A stretch of DNA of 64,000 nucleotides, from NCBI GenBank assembly GCA_963767925.1, contig CAVYGB010000010.1, forward strand, positions 96,001-160,000. The letters run 5' to 3'. The notes under the pieces were generated by a model. The model had not been told where the DNA came from and made no database searches. It saw only the letters and a program-made list of their open reading frames with translations. This document shows, in pieces, positions 36,664-47,097 of this stretch (positions are counted from its first letter, which is position 1; each line of letters starts with the position of its first letter). Source of the DNA: an uncultured delta proteobacterium (lineage in GTDB: Bacteria > Myxococcota_A > Polyangia > Fen-1088). The position numbers and the translations under genes are program-made.

Positions 36664-37566
36664 TCACTTCTTGGGCAAGGCCAGGAAGTTCAGGGTGCCG
36701 GCCTTCATGTCGGGCAGCAGGATCTGCTGGCCTTTGCGGTCGAGGTAGAAGTCCGCCGCCGACTGGAAGCCCTCGGCCACCACCTCGGCCTCCTTGGCGC
36801 CCTTGCCGACCCGGTAGACCTTGCCCTCGACCCAGCTCGAGACGTAGACGTTGCCCCGGCCGTCCTCCTCGATGGCGTCGGCGCCGCGCATGCCGCTGGC
36901 GATGGGTGTGAGCTTCTTGCCCTTCGCCTCCATCAAGGTGCCGGTGAAGAACTCGCCGATCAGCAGGCGGCCCTTGCCTACCGAGACCCCGTTGGGGCAG
37001 GGCATGTCGGTGCTCTTGTCGAGGGCGACCTCCACCTTGCCGTCGAGGCCGATGCGGTAGACCCGACCGATGGCCGGCAGGGCCTGCGCGCCCGGGCTGC
37101 CCAGCGGCCACAGCTTGCCGTCGGGGTCGCGCATCTTGGTGTGGGCGCCCATATCGGTGACGTAGACGGCCTTGCCCCCCGGCTCGCAGGCGGCGTCGTT
37201 GAGGAACACGACCGGCTCCTTGAAGGACTTGTCGTCGGCCAGGATGGTCTTTTCACCCTTGGCGTCGATCTTGAAGACGCGGTTGACGTCGGTGACGACG
37301 AGGAACTTGCCGGTGAAGCAGATCCCCTTGGGCTCGTTGAGGCCGGTGGCGAAGTCGGTGGCCTTGTCGCCATCGAGGACCTTGACCACGCCGTCGCCCT
37401 CGGTTCCGGGCGTGTTCATCACGGTGATGAACCAGCGGTCACCAAAGCCCCGCGTCACGCTCTCGGGGCGAGTCCCCACGTCGATGGTCTTGACCGATTT
37501 GAGGAGCTCGGCCGCCTGGGCGGGGGCGACGGTGAGCAGGACGGTGAGCAGCGGCAGTAACTTCAT
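36664..37566 (-). CDS. Secreted SMP-30/gluconolactonase-family beta-propeller
   Basis: Signal peptide; PESV, PKG, FLND, YVTD, PNG, GAD, SAADF, PDMKAG. GGAGG RBS. Confidence 0.88.
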   Translation of the reverse strand: MKLLPLLTVLLTVAPAQAAELLKSVKTIDVGTRPESVTRGFGDRWFITVMNTPGTEGDGVVKVLDGDKATDFATGLNEPKGICFTGKFLVVTDVNRVFKIDAKGEKTILADDKSFKEPVVFLNDAACEPGGKAVYVTDMGAHTKMRDPDGKLWPLGSPGAQALPAIGRVYRIGLDGKVEVALDKSTDMPCPNGVSVGKGRLLIGEFFTGTLMEAKGKKLTPIASGMRGADAIEEDGRGNVYVSSWVEGKVYRVGKGAKEAEVVAEGFQSAADFYLDRKGQQILLPDMKAGTLNFLALPKK

Positions 37567-37652
37567 GGGCGGCCTCCTGGGCCGGCAACCTAACGTGAAA
37601 CCGTCCGGCTCGAACCGTAAAAGGTTCGTCGCCGCGCGCGCGGCCGAATTTG

Positions 37653-38081
37653 TTACCGAGGCTTGCGCTTGCGGGCGGCGCGGCGCTTTCGTCGGGTGGC
37701 CGCCTGCTTGGCCTGCGCCGACAGGGCGCGCTTCGAGACCGCGCCGCGGCCCTCCCGCTTCAGGGCGGCCAGCCCGGCGGCGCTGCGCTTGCTGGAAGGT
37801 GCGCGGGGCTTGCGTTTCCCCTGACCGGTCCGCAGATCGGTCCGCGCCGACTTGCGGGTGCGGGCGCTGGTCTCGCCGCGTCCCGGGGGCGGCAGCGGCA
37901 CGCCCGCCCGGCGAGCCTTCGACAGGCCGATCGCGATGGCCTGTCGCGGCGAGCGAACCCCGTGTTTTCCCCTCCGGACGTGCTCGATCTCCTCGCGCAC
38001 GAACTCGCCCGCGGCCGTGCCGGGGCTCTTGCCCGCCCGCAGATCCTGCTTCGCCCGTCGCAGCGTCTTCTTCTCCGGCAT
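37653..38081 (-). CDS. Small basic protein, DUF6496-like
   Basis: GKSP.T.AGEFVREEIEHVR.GKHG.RS.RQAIAIGLSKARRAGV motif; Arg/Lys-rich. Confidence 0.8.
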   Translation of the reverse strand: MPEKKTLRRAKQDLRAGKSPGTAAGEFVREEIEHVRRGKHGVRSPRQAIAIGLSKARRAGVPLPPPGRGETSARTRKSARTDLRTGQGKRKPRAPSSKRSAAGLAALKREGRGAVSKRALSAQAKQAATRRKRRAARKRKPR

Positions 38082-38157
38082 GGGACCTCCCGGGGAGGAC
38101 CATGGGGTTGCCGCGGCGGACGGACAAGGCGCACCGGCCTGCTGGTAGATTCGGCCA

Positions 38158-38961
38158 GTGAGCAACGCCCAGCTCGTCGGCATCATCAACATCACCGAGG
38201 ACTCGTTCTCCGATGGGGGCAAATACCTCGACGAGCGGGCGGCCATCGCCCACGGCGAGCGGCTGCTCGCCCAGGGGGCGGCCTGCCTCGACCTGGGGGC
38301 GGAGTCCTCCAACCCCGACGGCCAGCCGGTGCCCGCCGATCGGGAGCTGGCCCGGCTGCTGCCCGTCCTGCGCCACTTCAAGCGGCAGGGCGCGCGCGTC
38401 TCGATCGACACCCACAAGCCCGAGGTCATGCAGGCCGTGCTGGCCGAGGGCGCCGACATGATCAACGACATCACCTCCCTGGCCGCCCCCGGCAGCGTCG
38501 AGGCCCTGGCCGGACAGCATGCGATGGTGGTGCTGATGTTCTCGCGGGGCCCGGGCGCCCGGGCCGACCGGACGGTCCGGCCCCACCACCCGCTGATCCC
38601 GGAGGTGCTCGCCTTCTTCCAGCAGCGGCTTGCCGACCTCACCGCCCGGGGCATCGCCCGCGACCGGATCGCGATCGATCCCGGCATGGGGTTCTTCCTG
38701 GGCGCCAACCCCCAGCCCAGCCTGTGGGTGCTCAAGCACCTGGGCCTGCTGGGGGCCCTGGGCTGCCCGATCTACGTCTCGGTCTCGCGCAAGTCGTTCA
38801 TCGGCACGACCATCGGCAAACCGCCGGCCGAGCGGCAGTTCGGGACTCTGGCCGCCGAGCTGTGGGCCTTGCAGGCGGGCGCCTCGTATGTCCGCACCCA
38901 CGACGTGGGCGCGCTGGCCGATGCCTGGGCCCTGTGGCGCGCCATCCGGCAGATCCAGTGA
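38158..38961 (+). CDS. folP: Dihydropteroate synthase with Sul-type signature
   Basis: GIINITEDSFSDGG, DLGAESSNPD, SIDT, INDI, DPGMGFFLG, SRKSF, RTHDV. Confidence 0.95.
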   Translation: MSNAQLVGIINITEDSFSDGGKYLDERAAIAHGERLLAQGAACLDLGAESSNPDGQPVPADRELARLLPVLRHFKRQGARVSIDTHKPEVMQAVLAEGADMINDITSLAAPGSVEALAGQHAMVVLMFSRGPGARADRTVRPHHPLIPEVLAFFQQRLADLTARGIARDRIAIDPGMGFFLGANPQPSLWVLKHLGLLGALGCPIYVSVSRKSFIGTTIGKPPAERQFGTLAAELWALQAGASYVRTHDVGALADAWALWRAIRQIQ

Positions 38962-38989
38962 GGCGGAGGCCCATGTTAAGGTCCGGGCG

Positions 38990-39907
38990 ATGAGCCCGGC
39001 CGCTGCTGCCAACCCGGTTTCCATCGCGGGACTTTTTCCGCCCCTGCCGACCCCCTTCCGGGAGGACGGCGCGCTCGATCTGCCGACCCTGCGGGCCCTG
39101 CTGCGCACGCTCAACGCCGAGCCGCTGGCCGGGTACCTGGTCGGCGGCTCCAACGGGGAGTTCACCTCGCTGAGCTGGGACGAGCGGCTCGAGGTGATCA
39201 CCGCCGCCCGCGAGATCATCCCCCGCGAGCGGCTGCTCATCGCCGGCTCGGGCGCCGAGTCGACCCGCGACACCATCACCTTGACCCGGGAGATGGCCCG
39301 GCGGGGCGCCGACACCGCCCTGGTGGTGACCCCCTCTTACTTCAAGGGGCGCATGACCCCGGCCGCGCTGGAGGCGCACTTCCAGGCGGTGGCCGACGCC
39401 TCGCCCATCCCGGTCATTCTCTACAACGTCCCCAGCAACACCGGCGTCGACATGGCCGCTGCCCCGGTGATCAAGCTCGCCCGCCACCCCAACATCATCG
39501 GCATCAAGGACAGCAGCGGCGACCTGCAGAAGATGGCCCTCATCATCCGGGAGACGGCGCCCGCCTTCCAGATGCTCGCCGGATCGACCGGCTACATCCT
39601 GCCCGCCCTCGCCATCGGCGCGGTCGGCTGCATCGGCGCCCTCGCCAACCTGGCCGCCCGCCCGCTCGATCGCCTCATCACCTGCGTCCGCTCGGGGGAG
39701 CTGGCCGAGGCCCGCGCCATCCAGCTCCGCCTGGTAGAGGCCAACCTGGCGGTCACCGCCCGCTTCGGCGTCTCCGGCCTCAAGGCGGCGCTCGAGCTGG
39801 TCGGCCGCCCGGCCGGCGTGGTCCGGGGGCCGCTGCTGCCGCTCGAGCCCGAGGAGAAGGCGGCCTTGCGCGCCGTCCTGATCCGGGCCGAGCTGCTGCC
39901 CGCCTGA
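38990..39907 (+). CDS. DapA-family aldolase, 4-hydroxy-2-oxoglutarate aldolase (HOGA1)-like
   Basis: PP.PTPF, GSNGE (not GTTGE), AGSGAEST, SPIPVILYNVP, IGIKDS Schiff-base Lys. Confidence 0.88.
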   Translation: MSPAAAANPVSIAGLFPPLPTPFREDGALDLPTLRALLRTLNAEPLAGYLVGGSNGEFTSLSWDERLEVITAAREIIPRERLLIAGSGAESTRDTITLTREMARRGADTALVVTPSYFKGRMTPAALEAHFQAVADASPIPVILYNVPSNTGVDMAAAPVIKLARHPNIIGIKDSSGDLQKMALIIRETAPAFQMLAGSTGYILPALAIGAVGCIGALANLAARPLDRLITCVRSGELAEARAIQLRLVEANLAVTARFGVSGLKAALELVGRPAGVVRGPLLPLEPEEKAALRAVLIRAELLPA

Positions 39908-39999
39908 TCCGGTCCGGCGCGCTGTAGCGATCCCGTAACGGGGCCCCAGCTGGCGGTAACGCCGACAGGGAAGGAATGCGTGTTTTTTGGCATTTCCAC

Positions 40000-40015
40000 T
40001 GGCACGCGCCTTGAT
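40000..40015 (+). promoter_or_regulatory. Candidate sigma-54 promoter TGGCACG-CGCC-TTGAT
   Basis: Exact -24 box and correct spacing, one mismatch in the -12 box; immediately upstream of the YihY gene. Confidence 0.5.
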
Positions 40016-40028
40016 GCCCCTGAGCGCC

Positions 40029-41015
40029 ATGAAGCGGATCTGGGGCAAGGTCTGGCCGGTCGTGAAGCAGGCCTTCAGCGAGTGGAGCTCGGACAAGTGC
40101 CCGCGGCTGGGCGCGGCGCTCTCGTACTACACCGTCTTCTCCCTGGCCCCCGTCCTCATCCTCGTGATCGCGGTGGCGGGGATCTTCCTCGGGCGGGAGG
40201 CGGCCCAGGGCCAGATCGTCAAGGAGCTCGGCGGGCTGCTCGGGCTCGAGGCCTCGAAGATGGTCCAGGACGCCATCCTGAAAGCGGGGCAGAGCGACGG
40301 AGGCCTGCGCGCCTCGGTGATCGGCATCGTCACGCTGCTCGTCGGCGCCACCGGCGTGATGGTCGAGCTGCAGGACGCCCTCAACACGGTCTGGAAGGTG
40401 CTGCCGAAGCCGGGCGGGGGCGTGAAGCGCTTCGTCCGGGCCCGCCTGGTCGCGCTGGCCCTCGTGCTCAGCATCGGCTTTCTCCTGCTCGTGTCGCTGG
40501 TGATGAGCGCCGGCCTCGAGGTTGTCTCGAGCTGGGCGGGCGGGATCCTGCCGGGCTGGGTGATCTTCGGCTACCTGCTCAACTACGGGATCTCGATCGG
40601 CGTGATCGCGCTGTTCTTCGCCCTGCTCTTCAAGCTCCTGCCCGACGCCAAGGTGGCCTGGAAGGACGTCTGGTTCGGCGCCCTGCTCACCTCGCTGCTG
40701 TTCCACCTCGGCAAGTACCTGATCGCCCTCTACATCGGGCGGGCCAGCGTGGCCTCCACCTTCGGGGCAGCAGGGTCGCTGGCGGTGGTGCTGGTCTGGA
40801 TCTACTACTCGTCGCAGATCCTCCTGCTCGGCGCGGAGGTGACCCGGGCCTACGCCAACCGCTACGGCTCGAAGGTGGTGCCCGACGAGAACGCCGTCCC
40901 GGCGCCCCACGCCGCCCCCGATCGGCTGGCCAAGGAGAAGGTGATCAAGGAGGTCGAGAAGGAAACGAGCAAGGAAACCGGCAACGCCGGCCGCCCGGCC
41001 TCCAGCGAGGCCTGA
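40029..41015 (+). CDS. YihY/BrkB family membrane protein
   Basis: [35 protein letters not shown]...[15 protein letters not shown]. Confidence 0.93.
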   Translation: MKRIWGKVWPVVKQAFSEWSSDKCPRLGAALSYYTVFSLAPVLILVIAVAGIFLGREAAQGQIVKELGGLLGLEASKMVQDAILKAGQSDGGLRASVIGIVTLLVGATGVMVELQDALNTVWKVLPKPGGGVKRFVRARLVALALVLSIGFLLLVSLVMSAGLEVVSSWAGGILPGWVIFGYLLNYGISIGVIALFFALLFKLLPDAKVAWKDVWFGALLTSLLFHLGKYLIALYIGRASVASTFGAAGSLAVVLVWIYYSSQILLLGAEVTRAYANRYGSKVVPDENAVPAPHAAPDRLAKEKVIKEVEKETSKETGNAGRPASSEA

Positions 41016-41037
41016 CGGCGGCCGTCCCTGGTGCGGC

Positions 41038-41862
41038 TCAGTCCCGCGCGCCGCCGTCGGCCGGTGTCGGGCTGGGGCCGAAGAACGCCTCGCAGCTCGG
41101 GGAGAAGGGAGAGAAGCTCAGGCCGTTCAGGCAGGTGCGCCCGCCGGCCGCCGGTGGATAGGGGTTGCAGTAGCCGGAGAGACACTCCTCGTCGTTGCTG
41201 CAGGCCGCGGCGATCGCCGCTTTGTCGACGCAGGTGGTGGCGCAGCGGAGGGTGGGCTTGCAGGGCGCGGTGGCGCTGCAGGCCGCGCCCTTGTCGGCCC
41301 GGGCGCCGCAGACCGAGAGGCCACCTTCGGCCCGGCAAAATTCGGTGGGCTGACAGCGCTCGCCCGGGTTGGCGCAGTTGCCCCCCGCCGCCACGACCCG
41401 CACCGGACCGCAGCGCCCCCGGTCGCACACGAGCGGGGTCCGGCAGTCCTGGTCGACGGTGCAGGTCCCGTTGGCCGCGCCCGAGCCCTCCACTACCCGC
41501 TCGCACTTGTCCCGCATGGCTCCCAGATCCGCCGGCGTGATGAGCGTCTTCTTGTAAGTCAGCTCGACCTGCTCGAGACAGTCCTCGGCGTTGTCGGCCC
41601 GGTAGAGCCGGCCCGCCCCGTTCATCAGCGGCGTCACGAAGTCCTCGCAGGCCTCCTTGCGGATGGGCTCGCACTCGGCCTGCATGCGGCTGCAGATGGC
41701 GGCGGTCGGCGCGCACTCCAGCTTGGCGTATTCGGCGCAGAAGGCGCCTATGTTCTTGGGCTTGCCGTCGAGCACCCCGCAGCCAGCGACGATCACGATC
41801 AGGGCCAGCCCCGCACCCGCAGCCGCCGGCAGGCACCGAGCGTCAAGAGAGGTTTTGATCAT
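41038..41862 (-). CDS. Cys-rich lipoprotein of unknown function
   Basis: Lipobox VAGC; many regularly spaced Cys (G..C.....C...L.C repeats); AGGAAGG RBS. Confidence 0.8.
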   Translation of the reverse strand: MIKTSLDARCLPAAAGAGLALIVIVAGCGVLDGKPKNIGAFCAEYAKLECAPTAAICSRMQAECEPIRKEACEDFVTPLMNGAGRLYRADNAEDCLEQVELTYKKTLITPADLGAMRDKCERVVEGSGAANGTCTVDQDCRTPLVCDRGRCGPVRVVAAGGNCANPGERCQPTEFCRAEGGLSVCGARADKGAACSATAPCKPTLRCATTCVDKAAIAAACSNDEECLSGYCNPYPPAAGGRTCLNGLSFSPFSPSCEAFFGPSPTPADGGARD

Positions 41863-42006
41863 GCCTTCCTTCCTGCGCGCGCCGGTCGCGCAGGTCAAGC
41901 AACGGTCATCACGGAGCAGCGTTTCAGGCCCCCGCGGCCGCGCCTATCGTTTTGCCGCCCGCCAGCGACAAGGCTCTATAATCCGGCTCGTCATCCCCTT
42001 TCAGCG

Positions 42007-43500
42007 ATGCGTCTTCTCTACATCGACATCGATTCCCTCCGTCCCGACCACCTCGGCTGCTACGGGTACGGGCGGGCCACCAGCCCCCACATCGACCACC
42101 TCGCCGAGGAGGCCATCCGCTTCGAGAACGTCTACGCCTCCGACGTGCCCTGCCTGCCCAGCCGGGCGGCCATGTTCACCGGCCGCTTCGGCATCCACAC
42201 CGGCATCATCAACCACGGCGGCGCCCAGGCCGAGCTGTGGCACGAGGGGCGCGAGCGCGGCTTCGGGTCGGTCCTGGGCCGCACCTCGTTCGTGCGCGGG
42301 CTGCGCGACCTGGGCTTTTACACCGCCACCGTGAGCTCGTTCGCCGAGCGGCACGCGGCCTTCTTCTTTTACGCGGGCTTCAACGAGGTGCTCAACCCCG
42401 GCCGGCGCGGCCTCGAGACCGCCGACCAGGTGGGCGCCCTGGCCCGCGACTGGCTCGCGCGCCACGCCGCCCGCGATAGCTGGTTCCTGCACGTCCAGCT
42501 CTGGGACCCCCACACCCCCTACCGCACCCCCGCCGCCGCCGGCAATCCGTTCGCCGGCGCGCCGCTGCCGGCCTGGCTGACCGACGAGGTGCGGGCCGCC
42601 CACCTGGCCGGCTGCGGGCCCCACTCGGCGCGCGAGACCATTGGCTACGACGATCGCCCGCCCCCCGACGTGCCCTGGGATTATCCCCGCCAGCCGCTGG
42701 CCATGGACTCGGCCGAGGGCGTGCGCCGCATGTTCGACGGGTACGACACGGGGGTCTGGTACGCCGACCGCTGCGTCGGCGACCTCGTCGCCGCGCTGGC
42801 GAGCGCGGGGGTGTTGCAGGACACCGCCATCGTCGTGAGCGCCGACCACGGCGAGAATTTGGGCGAGCTGAACGTCTACGGCGACCACCAGACCGCCGAC
42901 CAGGCCACCGCCCACCTGCCCCTGCTGCTGCGCTGGCCCCAGAATCCGCCCGGCCTGGGCGCCCGGGTCGACCGGGCCCTGCACTACCAGGTGGACGTCG
43001 CCGCCACCTTGCTCGAGCTGCTGGGCGGGCGGGTGCCGCCCAACTGGGACGGGCGCAGCTTCGCCCCGGCCCTGCGGGTGGGCCAGGAGGACGGGCGCGA
43101 GACGCTCGTCCTCTCGCAGGGCGCCTGGACCTGCCAGCGCGGGATCCGCTTCGCGAAGGACGGGGCCGAATACCTCTGCCTGCGCACCTACCACGACGGG
43201 TACCACGGCTACCCCGACACGATGCTGTTCGACCTGGCCAGCGACCCGCACGAGCAGAACGACCTCGCCGCCGCCCGCCCGGCGGTCGTGCACGAGGCCC
43301 TGGCCCGCCTCGAGCGCTGGGTGGCCGAGATGATGGCCCGGGCCACCCACCCGGTCGATCCCATGTGGGTCGTCCTGCACGAGGGGGGGCCCAAACACGT
43401 CCGCGGGCAGCTCCCCCGCTACCTGGAGCGGCTGCGCGCGACCGGGCGGGCCCGCTGGGCCGAGCTGCTGATCTCCCGCCACCCCCGGGAAACGGCATGA
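42007..43500 (+). CDS. Formylglycine-dependent sulfatase (cytoplasmic)
   Basis: [13 protein letters not shown] (CxPxR), WDPHTPY, SADHGE, LFDL..DP.E. No signal peptide. Confidence 0.93.
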   Translation: MRLLYIDIDSLRPDHLGCYGYGRATSPHIDHLAEEAIRFENVYASDVPCLPSRAAMFTGRFGIHTGIINHGGAQAELWHEGRERGFGSVLGRTSFVRGLRDLGFYTATVSSFAERHAAFFFYAGFNEVLNPGRRGLETADQVGALARDWLARHAARDSWFLHVQLWDPHTPYRTPAAAGNPFAGAPLPAWLTDEVRAAHLAGCGPHSARETIGYDDRPPPDVPWDYPRQPLAMDSAEGVRRMFDGYDTGVWYADRCVGDLVAALASAGVLQDTAIVVSADHGENLGELNVYGDHQTADQATAHLPLLLRWPQNPPGLGARVDRALHYQVDVAATLLELLGGRVPPNWDGRSFAPALRVGQEDGRETLVLSQGAWTCQRGIRFAKDGAEYLCLRTYHDGYHGYPDTMLFDLASDPHEQNDLAAARPAVVHEALARLERWVAEMMARATHPVDPMWVVLHEGGPKHVRGQLPRYLERLRATGRARWAELLISRHPRETA

Positions 43501-44540
43501 GCGCCCGCCCCGCGCTGCCCTGGGTCCTGCTGGCCGCCAGCCTGGCGGGCTGCAACGCCGACCCGCCCACCCGGGTCTACCTCGAGCGCTACCGGGCTCC
43601 GCTGCACATCGCCCACCGGGGCGGCGGCGACGAGCTGCCCGAGCACACCCTGTACGCCTACGACTTCTCGCTCGACCAGCTCGGGACCGACGTGCTCGAG
43701 ATCGACGTGCACCGGACCTGCGACGGCCAGCTCGTCATCGCCCACGACGAGGACCTGCAGCGGGTTGTGGGGCGGCCCCACCGGATCAAGGACGTCTCGC
43801 TCGCCTACCTGCGGGCCCTGCGCATCCCCTTTCCGCCCCTGGCCCCCGGGGTGACCGATCCCCGCAGCCTGGTCCCCCTCGACGACGACCTCCTGGTGCG
43901 GGTGCCCACCTTGCGAGAGGTCGTCGATCGCTACCGCAACTGTCTGCTCAACATCGAGATCAAGGACCCCGACGCCAGCGAGGAGGTGGTGGCCCTGCTG
44001 TCGACCCTGCAGGCCGAGCAGGCCCGCGACAACCTGCCGGGCCGACCACCCCCCTTCGACCTCGGCACCCACGTCTGCTTCGCCTCGTTCAGCGACGGGG
44101 TCGGGCAGCGGTTGCAGCGCCGGGTGCCGCAGGCTTGCCACACCTACCCCACCCTGGCCGCGGCCTGCGCCGCCCTGCCGCGGGCCCTGCCCGGCTTCCT
44201 GCGGCTCGAGCCCCGCACCTGCCCGGACTACGACCTGTTCGCCCTGCCCGACTGGCTGATCGACCGGGGCCTCGTCGACTCGATCCACCGGCTCGACCGG
44301 CTGCTCTACGCCTGGACCATCAACGATCGGGACCGCATGGGCGAGCTGCTCGACCTCGGCGTAGACGCCATCATGACCGACCGGCCCGCCCTGCTCCGCG
44401 AGGTCTTCCGCGCGCGCGGGCTGCCCGCTCGCCAGGAGCGACCCGAGGAGCGCGCCGGTCCCGCTGGCGCGTGCGTGATAGAAGCGAAGCCCCTCGAGGC
44501 GTCCCCCGGCGGCGCCGTCCCCTGCGGACCCACCCCGTGA
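43497..44540 (+). CDS. Glycerophosphodiester phosphodiesterase lipoprotein
   Basis: Lipobox [51 protein letters not shown] overlap with the sulfatase. Confidence 0.92.
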   Translation: MSARPALPWVLLAASLAGCNADPPTRVYLERYRAPLHIAHRGGGDELPEHTLYAYDFSLDQLGTDVLEIDVHRTCDGQLVIAHDEDLQRVVGRPHRIKDVSLAYLRALRIPFPPLAPGVTDPRSLVPLDDDLLVRVPTLREVVDRYRNCLLNIEIKDPDASEEVVALLSTLQAEQARDNLPGRPPPFDLGTHVCFASFSDGVGQRLQRRVPQACHTYPTLAAACAALPRALPGFLRLEPRTCPDYDLFALPDWLIDRGLVDSIHRLDRLLYAWTINDRDRMGELLDLGVDAIMTDRPALLREVFRARGLPARQERPEERAGPAGACVIEAKPLEASPGGAVPCGPTP

Positions 44541-45283
44541 AAAACCCTCGCCTCCTGCGACTCTTCCTCGCCTTCTCCTTGCTCGCCCTGCTGGGCCGGC
44601 CCACGCCGGCGGCGGCGATCCCCCTGGCGGGCGAGGCCCTCGTCGGAGTGGGGCTCGACTACGGCGGCTTCGGCGATCACGACCACTACCTGGTGATCGA
44701 GCCCGCGGCGGCGGTCGACGGGCGCGCCGGCTGGTTCTCGTTCGGCCTGCGGGGGAGCCTGGCCCTCGACGCCCTCCGCTTTCACAACCAGGACTTCGCC
44801 TGGGAGCGGGCCGGCGGCGGGCCCAGCCCGGTCTTTTACCTGGCCGCTCCCCTGGGCTACGAAGGCGAGCGGGTGCGCCTCCGGCTGGGCCCCTGGCTGC
44901 GCAGCGACGGCCGCGGCGCCTACGGCCGCCGCACCAGCTTCTTCCCCTGGGGCGCCGGCGATCTGCGGGTGCGCTTTCGGCGCTGGCACCTGCTCGTCGA
45001 CAGCTTCAGCCACCTGCCGATCGCCACCTCGGGCAGCGGCTTGCACGTCGGCTTTCACCTGCCCGAGGGATACGGCCGGGCCCGGGCCGCCACCTGGACC
45101 CTCTATCTCTCCTCGCCGCTCCTGATCGGGATCGCGAGCCGGCACCTGTTCGGCAACCTGGCGGGCCACCCCACCTTCCTGCAGCTCTCCGCCGGGTTCG
45201 ACTTCTTCCAGGGGTGGAAGACGACAACGAAAGGCGCAGCGGTCGAGCTGGGAGCCGCGCTGGGATGGATCATCGCTCCATGA
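44537..45283 (+). CDS. Hypothetical exported protein, possibly a beta-barrel
   Basis: GTGA and ATGA overlaps with both neighbours; signal peptide; aromatic/Gly-rich strands. Confidence 0.6.
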   Translation: MKNPRLLRLFLAFSLLALLGRPTPAAAIPLAGEALVGVGLDYGGFGDHDHYLVIEPAAAVDGRAGWFSFGLRGSLALDALRFHNQDFAWERAGGGPSPVFYLAAPLGYEGERVRLRLGPWLRSDGRGAYGRRTSFFPWGAGDLRVRFRRWHLLVDSFSHLPIATSGSGLHVGFHLPEGYGRARAATWTLYLSSPLLIGIASRHLFGNLAGHPTFLQLSAGFDFFQGWKTTTKGAAVELGAALGWIIAP

Positions 45284-46350
45284 CCGCCGCCAGCTCCGCG
45301 CTGTCAGAAGCCATCGAACGCGTCCGGCCCGTCGACGAGGCGGCCGCCCGGGCCACCCAGGTGGCCCTCGACGGCAAGACGAAACCCCGCCGCAGCCTGG
45401 GCCGGCTGGAGGACCTGGCTTGCCAGATGGCGGCCATCCGCCGGGACCCCCGCCCCAACCTCGGCGGCAAGGCCATCGTCGTCATGGCGGCCGACCACGG
45501 CGTGGCCGACGAGGGGGTGAGCGCCTACCCCGCCGAGGTCACCGCCCAGATGCTGCTCAACTTCGCCCGGGGCGGCGCCGCCATCAACGTGCTGGCCCGC
45601 CAGGCCGGGGCGCGGGTCGTCGTCGCCGACCTCGGCGTGCGGCGGCCACCGCCCCCGGGCAGCGGCGTGCGGGACCTGCGGGTTGGCCCCGGCACCGCCA
45701 ACCTGGCCCGGGGCCCGGCCATGACCGAGGCCCAGGCCCGGCAGGCCCTCGCCGCCGGCGTGGCCCTGGCCGGCGAGCTCGCCGACGCGGGGGTCGGGCT
45801 GCTCGGCCTGGGGGAGATGGGGATCGGCAACACGACCGCCTCGAGCGCTCTGTGCGCCGCCTTCACCGGCCTGCCGCCCGAGGAGGTCACCGGCCGGGGG
45901 ACCGGGATCGACGAGGCCGGCCTGCAGCGCAAGCTGGCGGCCATCAGGAGCGGGCTGGCCGCCAACCGCCCCGACCCGGCCGACCCCCTCGGCACCCTGG
46001 CCGCGCTCGGCGGCTTCGAGATCGCCGGGCTGGCGGGGGCCACCCTCGGCGCGGCGGGCCGCGGCCTGGCGGTCGTTGTCGACGGGTTCATCGCCAGCGC
46101 GGCGGCCATGGCGGCGGTCCGCCTGTGCCCGGCCGTGCGCGGCTACCTGCTGCCCTCGCACCGCTCGGTCGAGCCCGGGCACGGCGCCATCCTGCGCGAC
46201 CTCGGCCTGCGCCCGCTGCTCGACCTCGACCTCCGGCTCGGCGAGGGGACCGGCGCGGCCTGCGCCATGCCGCTCATCGAGGCCGCCCTCGCCGTCCTGG
46301 CCGAGATGGCGACCTTCGAGTCCGCGGGCGTGAGCGACAGCGGCCGCTGA
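45280..46350 (+). CDS. cobT: Nicotinate-nucleotide--dimethylbenzimidazole phosphoribosyltransferase
   Basis: TKP..SLGRLE, AADHGV...GVSAYP.EVT.QM, GEMGIGNTT, GGFEI, DGFI, RLGEGTG, MATF. Confidence 0.96.
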   Translation: MTAASSALSEAIERVRPVDEAAARATQVALDGKTKPRRSLGRLEDLACQMAAIRRDPRPNLGGKAIVVMAADHGVADEGVSAYPAEVTAQMLLNFARGGAAINVLARQAGARVVVADLGVRRPPPPGSGVRDLRVGPGTANLARGPAMTEAQARQALAAGVALAGELADAGVGLLGLGEMGIGNTTASSALCAAFTGLPPEEVTGRGTGIDEAGLQRKLAAIRSGLAANRPDPADPLGTLAALGGFEIAGLAGATLGAAGRGLAVVVDGFIASAAAMAAVRLCPAVRGYLLPSHRSVEPGHGAILRDLGLRPLLDLDLRLGEGTGAACAMPLIEAALAVLAEMATFESAGVSDSGR

Positions 46351-46379
46351 CCGCCATCACGGCGCGGCAACACCGCCGC

Positions 46380-46916
46380 TCACAGCCAGCCCAGGCGCTC
46401 GAGGGTGGCGACAACGCGCTCGGCGCTGACCTCGGGGCTCTCCGTCCCGTCGGACCGGATGGTGATGTCCGGGGTCCGGGGCGGCTCGTAAGGATCGTCG
46501 ATCCCGGTGAAATGCTGGATCTCGCCGGCGCGCGCCCGCCGATAGAGGCCCTTCACGTCGCGACCCTCGAGCACTTCGAGCGGCGCCGTGCAATAGACCA
46601 GGGCGAAGCGATCGATCTTTTTTCGAACCTCGTCACGCACTTCCTCGTAAGGAGAGATCGCGGCCGCGCAGACGAAAACGCCATGGCGACTCAACAACTC
46701 GCAGACCCAGCCGATGCGACGGACGTTGGTATCCCGATCTGCCTTGGAGAAGCCAAGGCCCTTGCTGAGGTTCTCTCTCACGAGATCACCGTCGAGCAAC
46801 TCCGTGGGAACGCCGCGACGTCGCAGGATGTCAGAAACGAGCCGAGCGGCCGTCGACTTGCCGGCCCCGCTCAGGCCCGTAAACCAGATGGTGGCGCCCG
46901 CGCGCTTGGCCTCCAT
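46380..46916 (-). CDS. cysC: Adenylyl-sulfate (APS) kinase
   Basis: [48 protein letters not shown]. Confidence 0.96.
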   Translation of the reverse strand: MEAKRAGATIWFTGLSGAGKSTAARLVSDILRRRGVPTELLDGDLVRENLSKGLGFSKADRDTNVRRIGWVCELLSRHGVFVCAAAISPYEEVRDEVRKKIDRFALVYCTAPLEVLEGRDVKGLYRRARAGEIQHFTGIDDPYEPPRTPDITIRSDGTESPEVSAERVVATLERLGWL

Positions 46917-47097
46917 GTCTGGTAGATTGCCCTGCGAACCCGCAGCAACGCCAGTCCCGGATGGGCCGGGGCGAGGGGGATGGCGCTCGGGCAGAGAGTG
47001 GGGGCGGCGTCAGGCCCGGCGGTCGGAAAGGTCCGCCGGTGCCGCTGAGAGCCGCGGCCAGGCCTCCCGCTGTCGGACAGCTCGTACATCTCCAGAA

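Noticed and set aside
34593..37600. Genomic island integrated at tRNA-Ser
   Set aside because: No integrase, no duplicated tRNA 3' end found, and no obvious compositional shift.
38158..38961. Acquired mobile sul1/sul2/sul3 cassette
   Set aside because: The protein is clearly divergent from the clinical alleles as I recall them, codon usage matches its neighbours, and no intI, qacE, ISCR or transposase is present.
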